Assembly (NCBI GenBank): GCA_964247055.1
Contig: OZ176054.1
Location: 7,812,001-7,876,000 of the forward strand
Source of the DNA: Paragordius varius
Lineage: Eukaryota > Animalia > Nematomorpha
Direction of reading: 5' to 3'
DNA: 64,000 nt
This document shows positions 1-14,200 of this stretch, in pieces; positions within the stretch are counted from its first letter, which is position 1; every line of letters begins with the position of its first letter. A model generated the notes under the pieces. It was not told where the DNA came from, searched no databases, and was given only the letters and a program-made list of their open reading frames with translations. The position numbers were made by a program, and so were the translations under genes.

Positions 1-1398
1 ATGAAGCTAACAGCAAATATTCGGAAGAAAATTCGGATACCGATGAAGAGGGCATTACAAAAGGTAAATGTACATCAATAATATCACTCTTAAATCATTT
101 AATTTGTTTTTTTATACATCGTTCGTTTTCTTATAAATCGCTTTCATCTCATATATTAACGCATTTATACAAAGACACTGCATAATGATTTTTAATCTAA
201 TACTATTTTTTAATGATTAACTATTAAGTTTAGTTCATTAAGATAACGTGAAAATGGCTTGTTATGGAAAATTCACGAATATTTTATCGTTTTTATTATT
301 TAAACCACAGTCTTTGTTATGCATGAAAAAGTGCGGGCTTAGCCTGACTTATAGACTTTCTTTTCAAAAATGTTTATTCAGTATAAGGAATAAATATGCA
401 CTTTGTTAATAAAGATTATTAATATGTAATAATGATAGAACGAAATGGTTACCATGGTGATCAAGCAAATGGTAATTCAATTACACTGCAAACTACTCCA
501 AGTCTAAGTAGCAGTGGGGATTTTTCCATAGTACAGCCTTCAAAAACATCATCGTCTCTTACCACCCAATTTTCTACGGCTTCAAATAGGTTTATATTCT
601 AATGTTAAAACTTAATCATTTGAAAATTAAAATTTTTTAAAGATAAACTTAAAAAATAGTAAACGACTAATATTTTATTTAAAAGCCGCCTTATTTTTTT
701 ATATTAATGTAACCTATTTTAGGTTGGACGATATAAAGAATAAAATTTTAAATTGGTAACTTCAAAAAGAAATATTATTTAGGTTATATAAAAAGGAAGA
801 ATGAATATGGCTTTCCTTTTAAAAATTTTAGTCTTTTGGTTTTGTCTGTAAATTATTGATTTTTACTCTATCTATTATCATTTTTTACCCATAAATAATA
901 TTTCAACTCAATAATTATCTGACCAGCCTTTCAAGTTAGTCATGCGCAATCCTCTTTATTGCTTTTGTGACAAATGAGTAAAATATAAGGTTAGTTATTA
1001 AGATCTTAATGATTTTCATACCATGTATTAATTTTCCTTTGCGATATTTTTAGTAGTTTGCAACATATGTAAGCGCAGACTTTATTCTGCATTTTATTTT
1101 ATAACTGCTCGCTTTTATCAAAATAACCAATTTTAGCGTGTAATTATCTATTCTTTTACTTAAGCTATATTAGTTTCAATAATATGAAACAAATTTCAGG
1201 ATGTGTTAAATGGTTTACTACAAAAGCCTTAGGTTTAAAAAATCTAGGTTTTATACTTACTTTAAATGCTGTTTTAATTTTCCAAGGAGAATATAAAGTT
1301 TTAGTTTTACAATAATCCGAAATTTGGTAAAATATTTTACATTAAATGTTATTGCTATATATGTATGAGTGTGTTTTAGTTAGAGAACTTTTAAGGTT

Positions 1399-1443
<45 letters not shown>

Positions 1444-2171
1444 CTTTAGTCCCAATGATTCCAAACACATAATAATCAATGCTGGAGAGCTACAAAGCTC
1501 CAAAAAGTATAGAAAACGGCTCTCAAATCCGGCCGATCTTTTGTTCAACAGAATTCAACGCATGGCTAAACAGCGTACACTTGAAAAACGAATGTATTGC
1601 GATAATTGTCAAGTTTTTGATGCCCATGAAACTGAAAATTGTGATGTCCCTCCCAAAGATTATGCGAATGATACCTCAAACGATAATATAATAATATCAA
1701 AAGATTACAAAATTAGCAATGGAAAAAATATGAATCAAAATACGAAAGAATCATTTACGACACGTATTTCCTTGAAAAATGGTATGTATGCATATTTAAA
1801 AGTATAAAAAATGTTTTTTAAACGATTCATATTAAAATATTTCATACAAATATTTTATACCGAAATGGACCGCTATTAAGTTGCAATTAATTAATAAGTT
1901 TTTGTGATAATCTTTTCATAAGACTTTTAGTAAACGGATTTTGTCATCTATTTTTTATATATCTAAAATATTATTTAATAAATGGGTTATCATTTTTGCA
2001 TAATTTTATTTTGCAGGTGAGAAAATTACCACTAAAAGCTTAAATAACCGTTTAGTAGAAAATCAGTCCCAATCTCCCACTACAGTACAAACAATTAAAA
2101 ACGTCGTTGCACCTGATAATAATACATTTACCGCACAGTTTAGAAAATTGAAATCAAGTGTTTTTATATAA
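1..2171 (+). CDS. 3' part of CLIP-170/CLIP-190-like gene (C-terminal CLIP zinc knuckle), 5'-truncated by the window
   Basis: Frame-consistent GT-AG exons <1-63, 439-589, 1450-1781, 2017-2171 (TAA). Contains RMYCDNCQVFDAHETENC, matching the CLIP-170 knuckle pattern CDxCxxFDxHxTExC. No N-terminal CAP-Gly domain visible in the window. Confidence 0.6.
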
Positions 2172-2722
2172 AGCCCGCCATAGTTTACACAAATTAAAAC
2201 ATTCCACAATTATTTTACAAAGATTGATTGATTGATGTTAAATTTATTTTAGATATAAAAAATGATTTTATGCCTTTTTATATTGCTAAACGAAAAATGT
2301 TATCTATTAAAAATATTGCTCTCTCCATCCTCAAAATTCTATGCAATTAACCAATTATATTTCTAGGTATAATTTATAATAATTATTATTGAAAACAATT
2401 ATAATTATAAGAATGAAATATGCAAATAAAGTAATAAATGACCATATAATTTATTTGGATTTAGACCTTTATATATATTATCACAAAATAAATATATTCT
2501 GAATCGATAGAGTAAAAATCTATAATATAATTTTTGCATCACCCATATGGTATATAAAAATCTAGAAATAAAACAAATATTGAAATCATTATCAAACCAT
2601 ATCAAATGATTATTGAAATGCATTGATTAAACTGTTTTGTGACAAGTAATTTAACAAACCATATATTAATAGAATAGATTTTCAAAACATTTTTGCATAT
2701 TGATTGAGTAGGTTAAAATGTT

Positions 2723-5700
2723 TTAATTTTTGTGATATTTGTTGTAATATTGTAAATATTCTTCAACATCTAATTTTGAGCCCAAAACGATAGGGGTTCG
2801 TTCATGAATGGTTTTTGGTTGTAGCGAAAGGATGGATTGAGAACCTGTTGAGGAAATACCGCCAGCTTTTTCAACAATGTATGACAAGGGGTTACATTCA
2901 TACAACAATCTTAACTATAATGAAAACACAAACTTTTTTATAAATATCTTAATATAATTTTAATATCTAATCTGCCCTACCATTCAAGAAAGGTATGGGT
3001 TATATAGATGCGTATAAGTAGGGATTTATCTTTAATTTAATATTTATATTAGGAAAAATTCCAAAAATATTTTTAAAAAAAATTATAACTTTGTTTTTGA
3101 GAGTTGAATCACTAAAATAATATTCTTAGTTTTTTTTAATTAAAGTATTTTACACCGTAATTAATTAGCTTACCATCATATGTATATGTATATTTTCATA
3201 AAAAATAGTTTAATTTAATTTGTTAAAATAAGATGGCAAACATATTTACAGTGGACCACCGAAAATACTATTTTAAAAATAAATTATAAAATGCCTACAA
3301 CGCTAAAAACAAACTTTTCCTTTGGGCGCTTCGGTTGTAGCAGGATATAAAAATATTCCTCCATACACAATTGTGCGATGAATATCAGCAACCATAGAGC
3401 CAATATATCTGGCTGAATAAGGTTTTTTGCTAGGATCCTACATTGCAATAATTATAAAGTTTATGATATCAAAAATTTAATTGTTTCTATTTGAAACTCA
3501 TGTAAAAAAACCAAATTTCTCCCTTTATATACCTTGGGAAATTTTTTCTCATGTATGTATTCGGATGTAGCTTTGTCCCAATACATGGCGTACCCTTCAT
3601 TAATGCTATAAATTTTTCCTTGAGGTTTTATCTTCATATCAGGTTCCGATAATACAAATTCTCCAATAGCCTAAACATATTTTTATAAATTTTATAATTA
3701 TAAAAAAAGATTTTGACATATTAACAATTTTTTATAAATCTTTCCGTTTTAGCAATGAATCCTTGAATATTTAACCACAATTATATATAATTTTAAACTA
3801 GTTACCGTAACGTAAATATTAAGCCCCATTTTTTGATCGCATTAGTAATTTTTTAGTTTTCCATAAATATTGATCTCATTTGTTATATAAATAGGATAAT
3901 ATATACAGATGGTTTGAAATCAAATTTAATGATATGAATAAGTTATACTGCTAGGGATACCTTGCTAATAAAATAATTTTGAGTATTAGTTTAATACTGT
4001 TTTTTCAGTTTTTATCAATATCCAAAAAAGTATTTTGGGTAACATTATTTTTATAAAATATTTATATACTAACGTGTATAATCATTAATAATTTTTATTA
4101 TTAATTTGTTGAAAATATGTACAAATTTTTTCGTAATTAACATTATGATTCATACTGGATCAAGCATAAATCCGTTAACACTGTTTCCCAGACTCAAAAC
4201 TACCATTGTAGCGCTCCCATATAGGGCATAACCAGCAGCCACCAAATTTGTTCCAGGTTGAAGGACATTTTTTAAATCACTCTCTTCACCTTTTCCCTCA
4301 TCTATCTATAGGAAATACAAAAAATCGTTTTTGACTTTATTAAACATTTTCAATTAATATTTGTACATTTTAAACATACATGTGTTATTGGGTTCTGGGC
4401 TTTGAAATCAAATACTTATTTTTGGCCTAATTTATCATTTTATAACTTTTTTATGGTTTTTTGTTTAAAAATTTCTAACTTCCAAAAATACTTTCAAATT
4501 TTAAAACATTTTGATATAAAATGAATCAATAAAATTATTATATGAATAATGCATTACCTTTTTTACTTATATTGTAATGAAATGATATAATGAGCCAAAA
4601 ACAAATATTTGACCTTAATGAATTAATATGGCTTAAAAACACATTATTTATTTTCAAGGTTAATAAGATATAAATTGAATGAACTCAAAATTGACATGAA
4701 ATTTAAAATGTCAAAAATGGGTTTTTAAGTGAATCAATATCATGAAACATGTTTTTATTATAATTTAATTTTTAACAAGCAACATATACCTTTCGATAAA
4801 TCCCAAAGATAGAACCAATTGAGACTAAACAATCAATGTTAGAAGAACCATCCAGTGGATCAAAACAGACAATGTATTTCCCACCTTTCGTTTCAATCTT
4901 AACGATCTTTTCATCCTCTTCTGATACCAAGAGACATGAAGTGTACGAAGATTTTATCACATTTATAAATATTTCATTGGCCAGGACATCCAACTTTTTG
5001 ACAATTTCCCCTTGGATGTTTGTTGTACCCGCAATACCAAATCTAATTGAAAAATGTATATATCATTTTAAAGTAGAAAAATAAAAGATAATTTTTGTGT
5101 ATCTTTTGGGCGATTAGTGTTAAAGCATTATGATTTTGTAATCTTTGGTTAGAATGGAAAAAAAATATAATTCGATTTTTGATTTGGCTAAGTGGTTTTA
5201 CGAAAATATTTTAATAGACAGGTTTTCAAAAAAATAGAAATGGTAAATAAATACACAACATAAAATTACGGCAAAATGTTTAAGTATCGAATGTGTAGAT
5301 ACGGTATTGGAATATATGCTTATTTTAAAATATATATTTTGGAAAGCTAGTTGGGTATAACATTTTTAAAAAATTATCTTTAAAGAATATAATGCATAAG
5401 CGCATAGTTTTAGAGATCGAATTACAAAGTATGAGTAAAAATACTCTAGTCCTTATGCCAGGTAAAATATATCTTATATAGTAAAGAACAATATTGGCCT
5501 AAAGTTAATGCATAGAAAAAATTTAAGTTTTACGCTTTTTTTATTCCTTTAACCAATATTTCTCTTTACTATAAATGCTATCTGGTAATAATAATAAAAC
5601 AATAAATTTTTACTCACATACGATTAGATAAACAAATTATTTTACGCATTATTGTATAAAAGTGTACATTTTTGCGATTTACAAATTAATACTTATTCCA

Positions 5701-6096
5701 TTAACGCAAAATAAATTTATTGAGTGATTATAATGCAAATTTAAAAAATTTAGATAAATATGATCCCAAAAAAATAGAATGTAAGAATTTCATAACCATA
5801 TTTTTACTATCACGGTTTAAAATGTATTAAAGAACTAATAATGTATTATAATTTTATCGTAAATAATTTTAGAGTGACATCACAGAAAGCATTTAAAGAA
5901 AATAAATGTTATATAAATATATTTACAATTTGGCTATTCCGGCTTTACGAACGGCAGAAGATATGGCTTTGATTGCAACCAATATAGAGTTCAACAAAAT
6001 AGTTAATTCTCCAGTAGCACCAGGGACTTTCTTTTGCTCATTTATAACAAATTTAGTTAGGGTACAGATATTGGTATCAATTGGCATGTGAGACAT
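2723..6096 (-). CDS. FBP1: Fructose-1,6-bisphosphatase class I (341 aa, 6 exons)
   Basis: Exons 5927-6096, 4790-5042, 4156-4305, 3533-3670, 3315-3437, 2723-2914, all GT-AG and in frame (1026 nt). Motifs [50 protein letters not shown]. Confidence 0.97.
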
Positions 6097-6498
6097 GATG
6101 GAATTATTTTCGAGACAAAAAAATAATAGTACACACCCCCGAAAAAAACAGATGACGAAAAACAAATATAAAAACGTGTGGCAATGACTTTTTTGGTTGA
6201 AATGTTTCATCATTATAAAGCAAATATTATATTTTAAAAAAATTTATAATTTCAAATGGAATTAATTTTGGCGGGAAGTAATTTATATTGTATTTATTAT
6301 TTCTATGGTAATTAAAGCGCTTTTATCTGTAATACGCATTTTAGTCATTTGAGACATTTCCCTTTTTAAATACTATCTAAACCTGTGATTTAGCCTCATT
6401 GATCAATAAAAAGAAAAGGTGGAGATAAAAATTAATTAAAGTTAACCAATCATTCAAAAGACTGTCTTTCACTGATCGTTTACGGATTTCGCATACGC

Positions 6499-8589
6499 TA
6501 AAGTGACCAGATAGGCTGTTTTTCGCAGTACAGTACTGGGTTTTCGGAAAAAAGCCGCGCCTGTACTGCGCTGACTTTTGTACTGCTTTTTGAAATAATT
6601 TTTTTATAAATATGTTTTAATTACCATTTATTTATACAAGTTTTTTTGTAGAATTTTATAGAGTACCCTTAGTTAAAATAAATAAATGATTTTTTTTGCT
6701 GTAAAAAACTATGGCCTTTAATTTTAATATTTTATTTTCTGCTCTAATTATACATAGGGTTGGGTTTTGGACCGGTCAAATCGCTTATGAATGCAGCGAT
6801 TCGCGAAGTGGCGGAACTATAAATATCAGACTCCAGATTTAGGCCAACCTTTCCCTCAGGGCTTCGGCAAAAGCCACCTCAAAAATAAACAAAAAATAAA
6901 TTAATATTTTAGTAATTTTATCTAAAATTCATTTTGTTTCATATAAGTTTCAGCTAAATTAAATTTATTTGAGTTTACTTTAATTATAATTATCAAACGG
7001 AAAATTTTTATATTTCCGCAACATATTATTTTTAAAATTCATTATATTTGGTTTTGATATAACCTTTTATTTTTCTAGGAATAAAACAACTTTTTATGTT
7101 TTGGGTGGGAGGTATGTTCCTTATGATTCCTTAAACTTTAGAAATTTAGCCAGTTTTATTTTGATTCTTTTGTGCATAAACAAATTTTTAGACCTATTTT
7201 AATTTTGGCACACACACACACATAATAATTTTTTTATTAATTCTTTTCATTTTAATTTTCTTTTCCGTGCCTTTTCCTATAAACAAAATATGGACTACGG
7301 AAAAAACACAACTCACAATAGATACCTTGAAAGCAATTGTAATAGTCAAAAAAGAAGAAAATTGTGCTTTTTTAGATAAAATTTCGCAAAACCATAAATT
7401 ATTGGGACAAACACATAAATCTGAAAAATATATATAATTTATTATTTTTAGATATTATTACTATTATAAAAAAATAATTATTTATTAATAATTATGTCAC
7501 GTCATATACCATTGATTGGGTAGACTCAGAATTATTTAAATTATTTTTGATTTTTACACTGTAGCAAAGTCGGAATTTGAATAATTTTCTATCCATTCAC
7601 CTATCATTTTTCCATCAACGCATAGTTTTACCTGCTGTCAAATAGCAAAATTTTTAAAAAATGGAACAGAAGTTTCATAAGATCGTGTGTGAATGATTTA
7701 TCTGCACTGCAACATCTTATAAAAACCAGATATATTGTTTCCCTCCATTTTTATTATCATATATTGGTAATTATATTGTTTTTGGCAATTAGCATTTTTT
7801 AAAACAAACATACCATTATAATCTATATATTTATAAAAATATTTGCGGGAAACCGGTAGATCCATTCAAATCCGAATGTCGAAAAAATATAATCATTAAT
7901 GAAGCCCCGACAATAGCTTCGCCCTTTTTTGAATTAGGCCCCCAGTTCGGGCCTACCCCGTGTAAAAAACGGTTTTTTTTTGAAAACAGAAGTCCACAAA
8001 AATCGTGTCTTTGAGAGAATTTCCTGGAAAACGTGTTGGACCATTCAATTTTAAATATGATTTTTATTTACTTATTTTCGATTGCGCCGAACATAATCGG
8101 CTCGCTTTTTTAATTAAGGCCCTCTTTTTACCCGCTCCTCCCGTAAAATGCCATTTTTACAAAAAAATTCAAAAGTAATTGTTTGAATCTATTTTTCACC
8201 CAAGTAAACAATATATTAGTATGAATGCACCGTTTTGAAATTCCTATGAGATCATAGCTAATAAATAATGTTTCGAAATAATCCACATATGTGGATCATT
8301 TTATTGTCCCTTTTTTCAAATAGCCCCCCCTGTCCGAAGCACTTCCTCGGGCTGCGTAGCAGCACGAGATTTACGCTAGTAATATGACATATGATATAAT
8401 TATATGTACATACATTTATTTAAATTTTTAATAAATTTATTGTTGGATATTTTAATTGTTTTTAATGAGCTTATAAATAGTAACGAACAATATCATTTAA
8501 TATAAAACACCGAAAATCCGGTTAAAAAAATAGGCAAAGTGTGTTTTAATTTTGTACTGCGCCAGGGTTCTAAATATTTGGTCACATTA
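6499..8589. mobile_element. Non-autonomous hAT-type DNA transposon (2.1 kb) about 400 bp upstream of the FBPase ATG
   Basis: TIRs TAAAGTGACCAGATA (6499) and reverse complement TAATGTGACCAAATA (ending 8589). Perfect 8-bp TSD GCATACGC at 6491-6498 and 8590-8597. Subterminal TGTACTGC repeats. Contains a nested Helitron. Confidence 0.85.
7822..8379 (+). mobile_element. Non-autonomous Helitron, copy 1 (nested in the hAT element)
   Basis: 5' TC start (TCTATATATTT), subterminal hairpin CTCGGGCTGCGTAGCAGCACGAG, 3' CTAG, inserted between A (7821) and T (8380) with no TSD. Homologous to 21316-21987 and 23161-23732. Confidence 0.85.
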
Positions 8590-8630
8590 GCATACGCTCA
8601 AAAATGGTCAATATTAAGTAGGTCCCTTAA

Positions 8631-8805
8631 CACTTCGCTTCGAATTCGGGTATCTGCATATCACAGTATAAAGTTGATATTTAAAAAAACTGGAAACAAT
8701 TCAAATTTAAACTTATTCTTCTATATTAATAATAATTTTATATTAAAAAGCCAAAATTCTAAATAAAAATTTTCTGTAAAAAAGTTTGATAAACTTCGGC
8801 CACAA
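8631..8805. mobile_element. Truncated copy of the TTAA-flanked piggyBac-like MITE
   Basis: TTAA-CACTTCGCTTCGAATTCGGGTATCT... aligns by eye with the first ~180 bp of the copy at 53130; right boundary approximate. Confidence 0.55.
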
Positions 8806-8893
8806 GTTTGTTTCATTTGGCAACTGATCCAGTTTATTTAATTTTAAGGCTATAATTAAGTTCATTCTTGGTAAATCACATTTAACACATTAA

Positions 8894-9405
8894 CACTTGG
8901 ATACAACCCATCTATCTCAGTCCTTCACTTTAAATTGGGGTCATTAGATATCCCAGGCCTTTAAAATCTAATGCCATAAAAAATATGAAGATACGAAGCA
9001 TTCACAAAGGTTTGCACTTATATAACATGAATGAACCGAAATATTAAAAAAATCCAAAAATTCTGTATTAATTTTAAGGTAAAACTCGAAGGTAAAAATT
9101 TAGTCAACAGGACATGTGTGTATTAGCTAAATTTAAAAATAATACGAAATAAATGACTTTGTCTGTTTCTACGAATGTTAGATGTGATTTAAATAAAAAA
9201 TTTACGATATTTTGAATAAAAATAGCGTCGGTGAAGTTTGATATGTAAATGGTTTTTCAAACCAAATTTTATTTAGATTTTTCGGCTTTAATTTTTTGAT
9301 AAAATAGAAGTATGAATTTAAAGTCGGACCGTTTCTTTCAGTACTTTTTTAAAATATCAACTTAAATATAGTCTGGGGTTAGATACACCAATGTGAACCG
9401 AAGTC
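8894..9405. mobile_element. TTAA-flanked piggyBac-like MITE
   Basis: TTAA|CACTTGGATACAAC ... GAACCGAAGTC|TTAA; same family as 41358, 49977 and 53130. Confidence 0.7.
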
Positions 9406-11287
9406 TTAATTTATACAAAAAAAGTGGTATATTTTGCATTACACTGCGTCTAAAATAGGGGGGTATATATAAATAACCTAATAAAATAATAATCTGATAG
9501 AAAATGTATCAGGATTATGATGGTGTTTTTGGTTTGCCCTTCTATATAAGAAAGTTCACTTTTGTGGCATTGGCTCCATATCAAAATTTGTGCAAATTTT
9601 TCATATAAAATAATTTTGGTGAAAGATGAATGCATCATTTCAGAAAATATCACAAAATATATCTTAACCACCTTATAAAAAGCAAAGGAGTATTTAAAAA
9701 AATTTAATTTTTAGGGGGTAGTTTTCATAAACCTGAAAATGCCAATATTTCACGATAAAAAGATTAAATATAAGCAAAACTTAAACAAAAATATTTCCAA
9801 CAAATGCATACTTTTTTCAAAAATTTAATTTTAGCAAAATCTGGCTGAAGCGTAAATCATACTATTTTGAGGCATTGTGGAAACATTTTAAAAACGCTTT
9901 GAAATAAAACACTTTTTTAATATAATTCTATAAATGAGTATTTTTATCGCTTTATATTTTTATTTAAAGGTTAAGTTGGTTAAAAATCATGGTTCTGTGT
10001 AAAAACAAACAATTTATTTTTAACATAAATATAAAGACATATAGTTTACATCAAAATGAGGTGATGGAAATGTTCACATCGAATTAAAGGTGTTTTTATA
10101 ATGTCCCTTAAAATATAGTATGAAACCGCTATAACAAAACTTTGCCTAAAACAAAAATAATTTACAAAATATTTTTTTAATGTCAAAATTTAGTATATCG
10201 GGCATTTTGGCATTCATTTTAAGAGAACTAGCCCATTTTAGAAGAGCAAAAAAATTTAAGATTTTCCAAGCCCACATCTAAATAAAATATTATATAAATT
10301 GTGTTTTGGTTTTTATATGTAGTTTTAACATATTTTAATTATATTTTTTGGAATGTAGCATTTTCAAAAATGTGCGCAAATTATGCCGTTTTCTGATACG
10401 CAGCGCTTGCCACAAAAGTAAATACTTTCTTATATTACTCGTAGGGCCAATACAAAAGCACCATGATAATCCTGTTATTCATAGAATATTTTTTGTGTAA
10501 AGTGTATATGTAAGAAAGTATTTATAACTTTCTTATAAGTCCAAAACCAAAATAGACAAACCCTATAATTTTGCCAATATTATAGCAGGATATTGTGTTT
10601 ATGGGCGTGTATGCGATTATAGTATACGATGTTCAAACAAGCTTCCATTATTACCTTTTTGGGTTAGCAGAGCGATTTTAAATTTTTACATTTAAAATAT
10701 TTACGACCTAAGACAAATTTTATAAACTACACTCTTTATCCTATTAGCCGCATATTATAAATACATCTTTTAAAAATGTAAAATTGGAAACTATTAAATT
10801 TTTTAAAGTTTTCACTATTCTTTTCATTTGTTAAATAGCTTGTTCAATAAAACAAGAAATTATTGTTTTAAATCGACAAAGCTTATAGCTACATCTTATT
10901 ATCTGATAATAATAAATTTTACAATCAATTTGGATTTACAGTTGCACTGATTTCGCGAGAGAAAAATGTAAATAATGCAAGAATATTATACGAAATAACA
11001 ATTTTTGATAATTATTTTTTAACAAAAACAATTATCAAACAAGTAGTAAGGCTTACCGTTTTCATAAAGCTACTAGAAAATAATGACGATGACAATAGCT
11101 CGGAGTACACCCCATCTTACAATTGATTAACCAATTGTCAGAGAACCCATGAGCTTAATAAATATTGGAAAAACTTTTAATTTTTCTACTAAAATATTAT
11201 AAAAAATTTTTGTAATATATATAATATTTTCATATATTATTTTTACTCCAAGTTAGTATTATTAAATTTGATTATTAGTGACAAAAA

Positions 11288-14200
11288 ATGAAAAGGTGTC
11301 GTCTATTATTACATAAACATATGGAAAAACATTATTTATATGATCACATGAAATTTCAAATTTTCAAAAAGATATCAATATTTTTTTCGATATTATTTGT
11401 ATTAGTTATTTTAATTTACAATGTAAATTTTTTATCTGATACTAAAAAAACGATCGTGATTTACAATAAAATTCCAAAAACTGGCAGTACATCATTTATG
11501 CATTTAATGTACCTGATAAATAAATCCAATTTCTTTAATATTATATATATAAATATCTCACAAACTCATAATCTTAGTCTTAAATCTCAAGTAATAAATT
11601 TCTAATTTTAGTTATTTATAGCAAATAATATATCTTTTTGGATGCCTACTAAATCTTTTTTATACCATGGACACATGCGCTTTTTTAGTATTCATAAGTA
11701 AATGATCTTTAATTTTTTAGTATTTTAACATCAAAAAAAATTTATTACATCAATATGATAAGAGATCCCTTGGAACGTTTAGTCTCCTATTATTATTTTC
11801 TCCGATATGGTGATAACTTTCGCCCATATTTACATCGCCGAAGACAAGGGGATAATAAGGTTTTGAATCATATGCCCATTTATAATGTTTATAAAGACCC
11901 CAAAAATAGTTAGCTGATAGTCCGCGTCCTTTTACAAAATTTTAATTATATTTTAAAAATAATTATTTGTTTTTTTCCCAAATAATAATATGAAACATTT
12001 ATATAAATTAAATTTTAAAAATGAGTATTTTTTGTTATACGCCCAATCACTGGGCCCCAAAATAACACATATTGGGAGGTTCACTCATTTTCAATCGATC
12101 CTAAAACTAGGATTTTGATTAAAATCTTAGAACCTAGAGTACCATGACTTAATTTGGATTTGGGAGCTGTTATTTTTAACAAGTTTATTAAGGGTTTAAT
12201 TTGATAGGAATAGGTCCATTGTATTCATTTATCAAATATTTACAGGATATGTTAAATTTAACGTTTTTATAGACTTTTGATGAATGTTTTTTGGGGAATG
12301 GGTACGATTGCCGCGCAGACAAACTATGGTTCCAAATTCCTTATTTTTGTGGATATTTACCATTTTGCAAGTATTTTATTGATAATATCATAAAACATTT
12401 AATCAAGTTTTAAAAAAATCAACTTATAAAAACTCTTTAAACATATTTTTAACAGTGAACCTGGAAATGAGTTAGCTTTGCAGATGGCAAAGCATAATCT
12501 CATAAATCATTACTTGATAGTCGGTGTTTCGGAAAGATTTGAAGATTTTCTCCAATTACTTGAACACCTGATTCCCGAGTTATTTATGGGCCTTTCCAAA
12601 CTTAACAATCAAAAGAAGAAATATAATGGTATATTTTTAAATTGATCTATCGGTTTAATTTGTGAAAATTGAATTATACACAAAGTAAATTTTTAACTAA
12701 AAAAATGTTTATATGATTTTAAATAATTTAATTGGATTTAAATTTAAACGTCTAACGTCGAATAAGTAAAAGTAGAGGTGATCAACACCCGAGCATCGCT
12801 ACTTTTTGTGTGGCCCGCGAAAATTTAAAAAAATACCAATTAAAATCAAATGTTTCTCCAGCTCTCACTATCATTTTAATTAAAATTAAGTATATAAAAT
12901 ATGGTATATTTGAAATATCTATATTTTAATTTTATAAAGATCAATGAAGGTTTGATAAAGGGTCAAATTATTTATCGGTTAATATTTTTTAGCATACTGT
13001 AATAATTCGATTTAAAGTGTTATCTGTTCTTAATAAATATCATAAACGCTGTTTTTTGCCACATTAGCATTAATTGGATAAATAATATTATTTTTAAATA
13101 ATGCGTAATTCTATCAAATAATGGTTATATTGGATATTGTTTACGCTCAAGTGTGATTGTATTATTATATTGCAATTATAATTATCAGCTAAAATTATAT
13201 GAATTTATTGTAAATTTTCGATTACTACTAGTAATCTTTGTCAAACGCAAAAAAATATAATTAAAATATAAATTAAGATATAAACTAAAATTTATAATTT
13301 AAATTCCATTTAATGGTGAATCCCCATACAAAAAATGATAATATTTTAAAGGTTATATAATTAAATACCTAAAATTTTGTCATTGATATTCTATCTTAAT
13401 TGGTCGCTTTTAAAGTTTACATCTTATATTTACCAACGCATTCACCCTATAAATATTATTGGTTTTACAGGATTTCCCTCTTAAAAGTTTGGAGATGCGT
13501 TAAATGCTCTCACGAAAAGTGATTTTTTTATTTAATCAAATTTTTTGATGTTATGAGATCTTCTGATCTGTGCAAAAAATGCACCATAATTTTGATTGTT
13601 GCGTAAAAAACCATGAATATACCATACTTTGCCAAGTTTTAATAATTTTTTTTGAGGTGCGAGTCATTAAGATGAAATTGAAAAATGAATATTTAAATCA
13701 AATAAGAGTAAATTTATACCAAATATGGAAATTTCTATTAGTTTTTTAAGAAATAATTTTTAGCTAATATTGCCATAACTAATTTGTTTTCATTACAACC
13801 TTATAAATTCGCTAAAACATCATTATCCTTTCTATTGCTAAAGTACAATATATCTATGTATTGTAGAAACAACCAAAGTTTCAAAATAATTTATTATTAA
13901 TAAAGATATAATCATTCGATGTTATATACCAAATATTCTAAGTTATCTCCGAAAAATAAAAAATCAAATGTATAGTAGCTTAAGTTGTAATAAATATTTA
14001 CTATTCGTCTAGACATTATTATAATTTAATATGGATAATATTGGGTGTTGTGTTGATTTTATAAAAATTTTCATTTAGATTTTAGAAAGTATTTACTTTT
14101 AGAAAGCTACCCGGTAAAAACAATAATCGAAAATGGCTATTTAGACGCTATAATAATATATACCAATTAAAAATTCTTTATCTAATGTTCTTTTCTTATT

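Noticed and set aside
1342-1548. ORFs containing IYIYIY runs (also 34208-34405 and 37264-37315)
   Set aside because: Translations of (TA)n microsatellites.
6757-6885. Candidate ribozyme or snRNA in the GC-rich island
   Set aside because: No CUGAUGA/GAAA hammerhead core, clear HDV pseudoknot or Sm site recognised; kept only as part of the hAT finding.
11591-11621. Alternative 31-nt reading of the first HS2ST intron (AG at 11620-11621)
   Set aside because: It shifts the frame relative to the conserved downstream YHGH; only the 21-nt intron keeps frame and length.
12773-12840. hAT-like terminal remnant (TAGAGGTGATCAAC...GGCCCGCG)
   Set aside because: No matching second end or TSD found.
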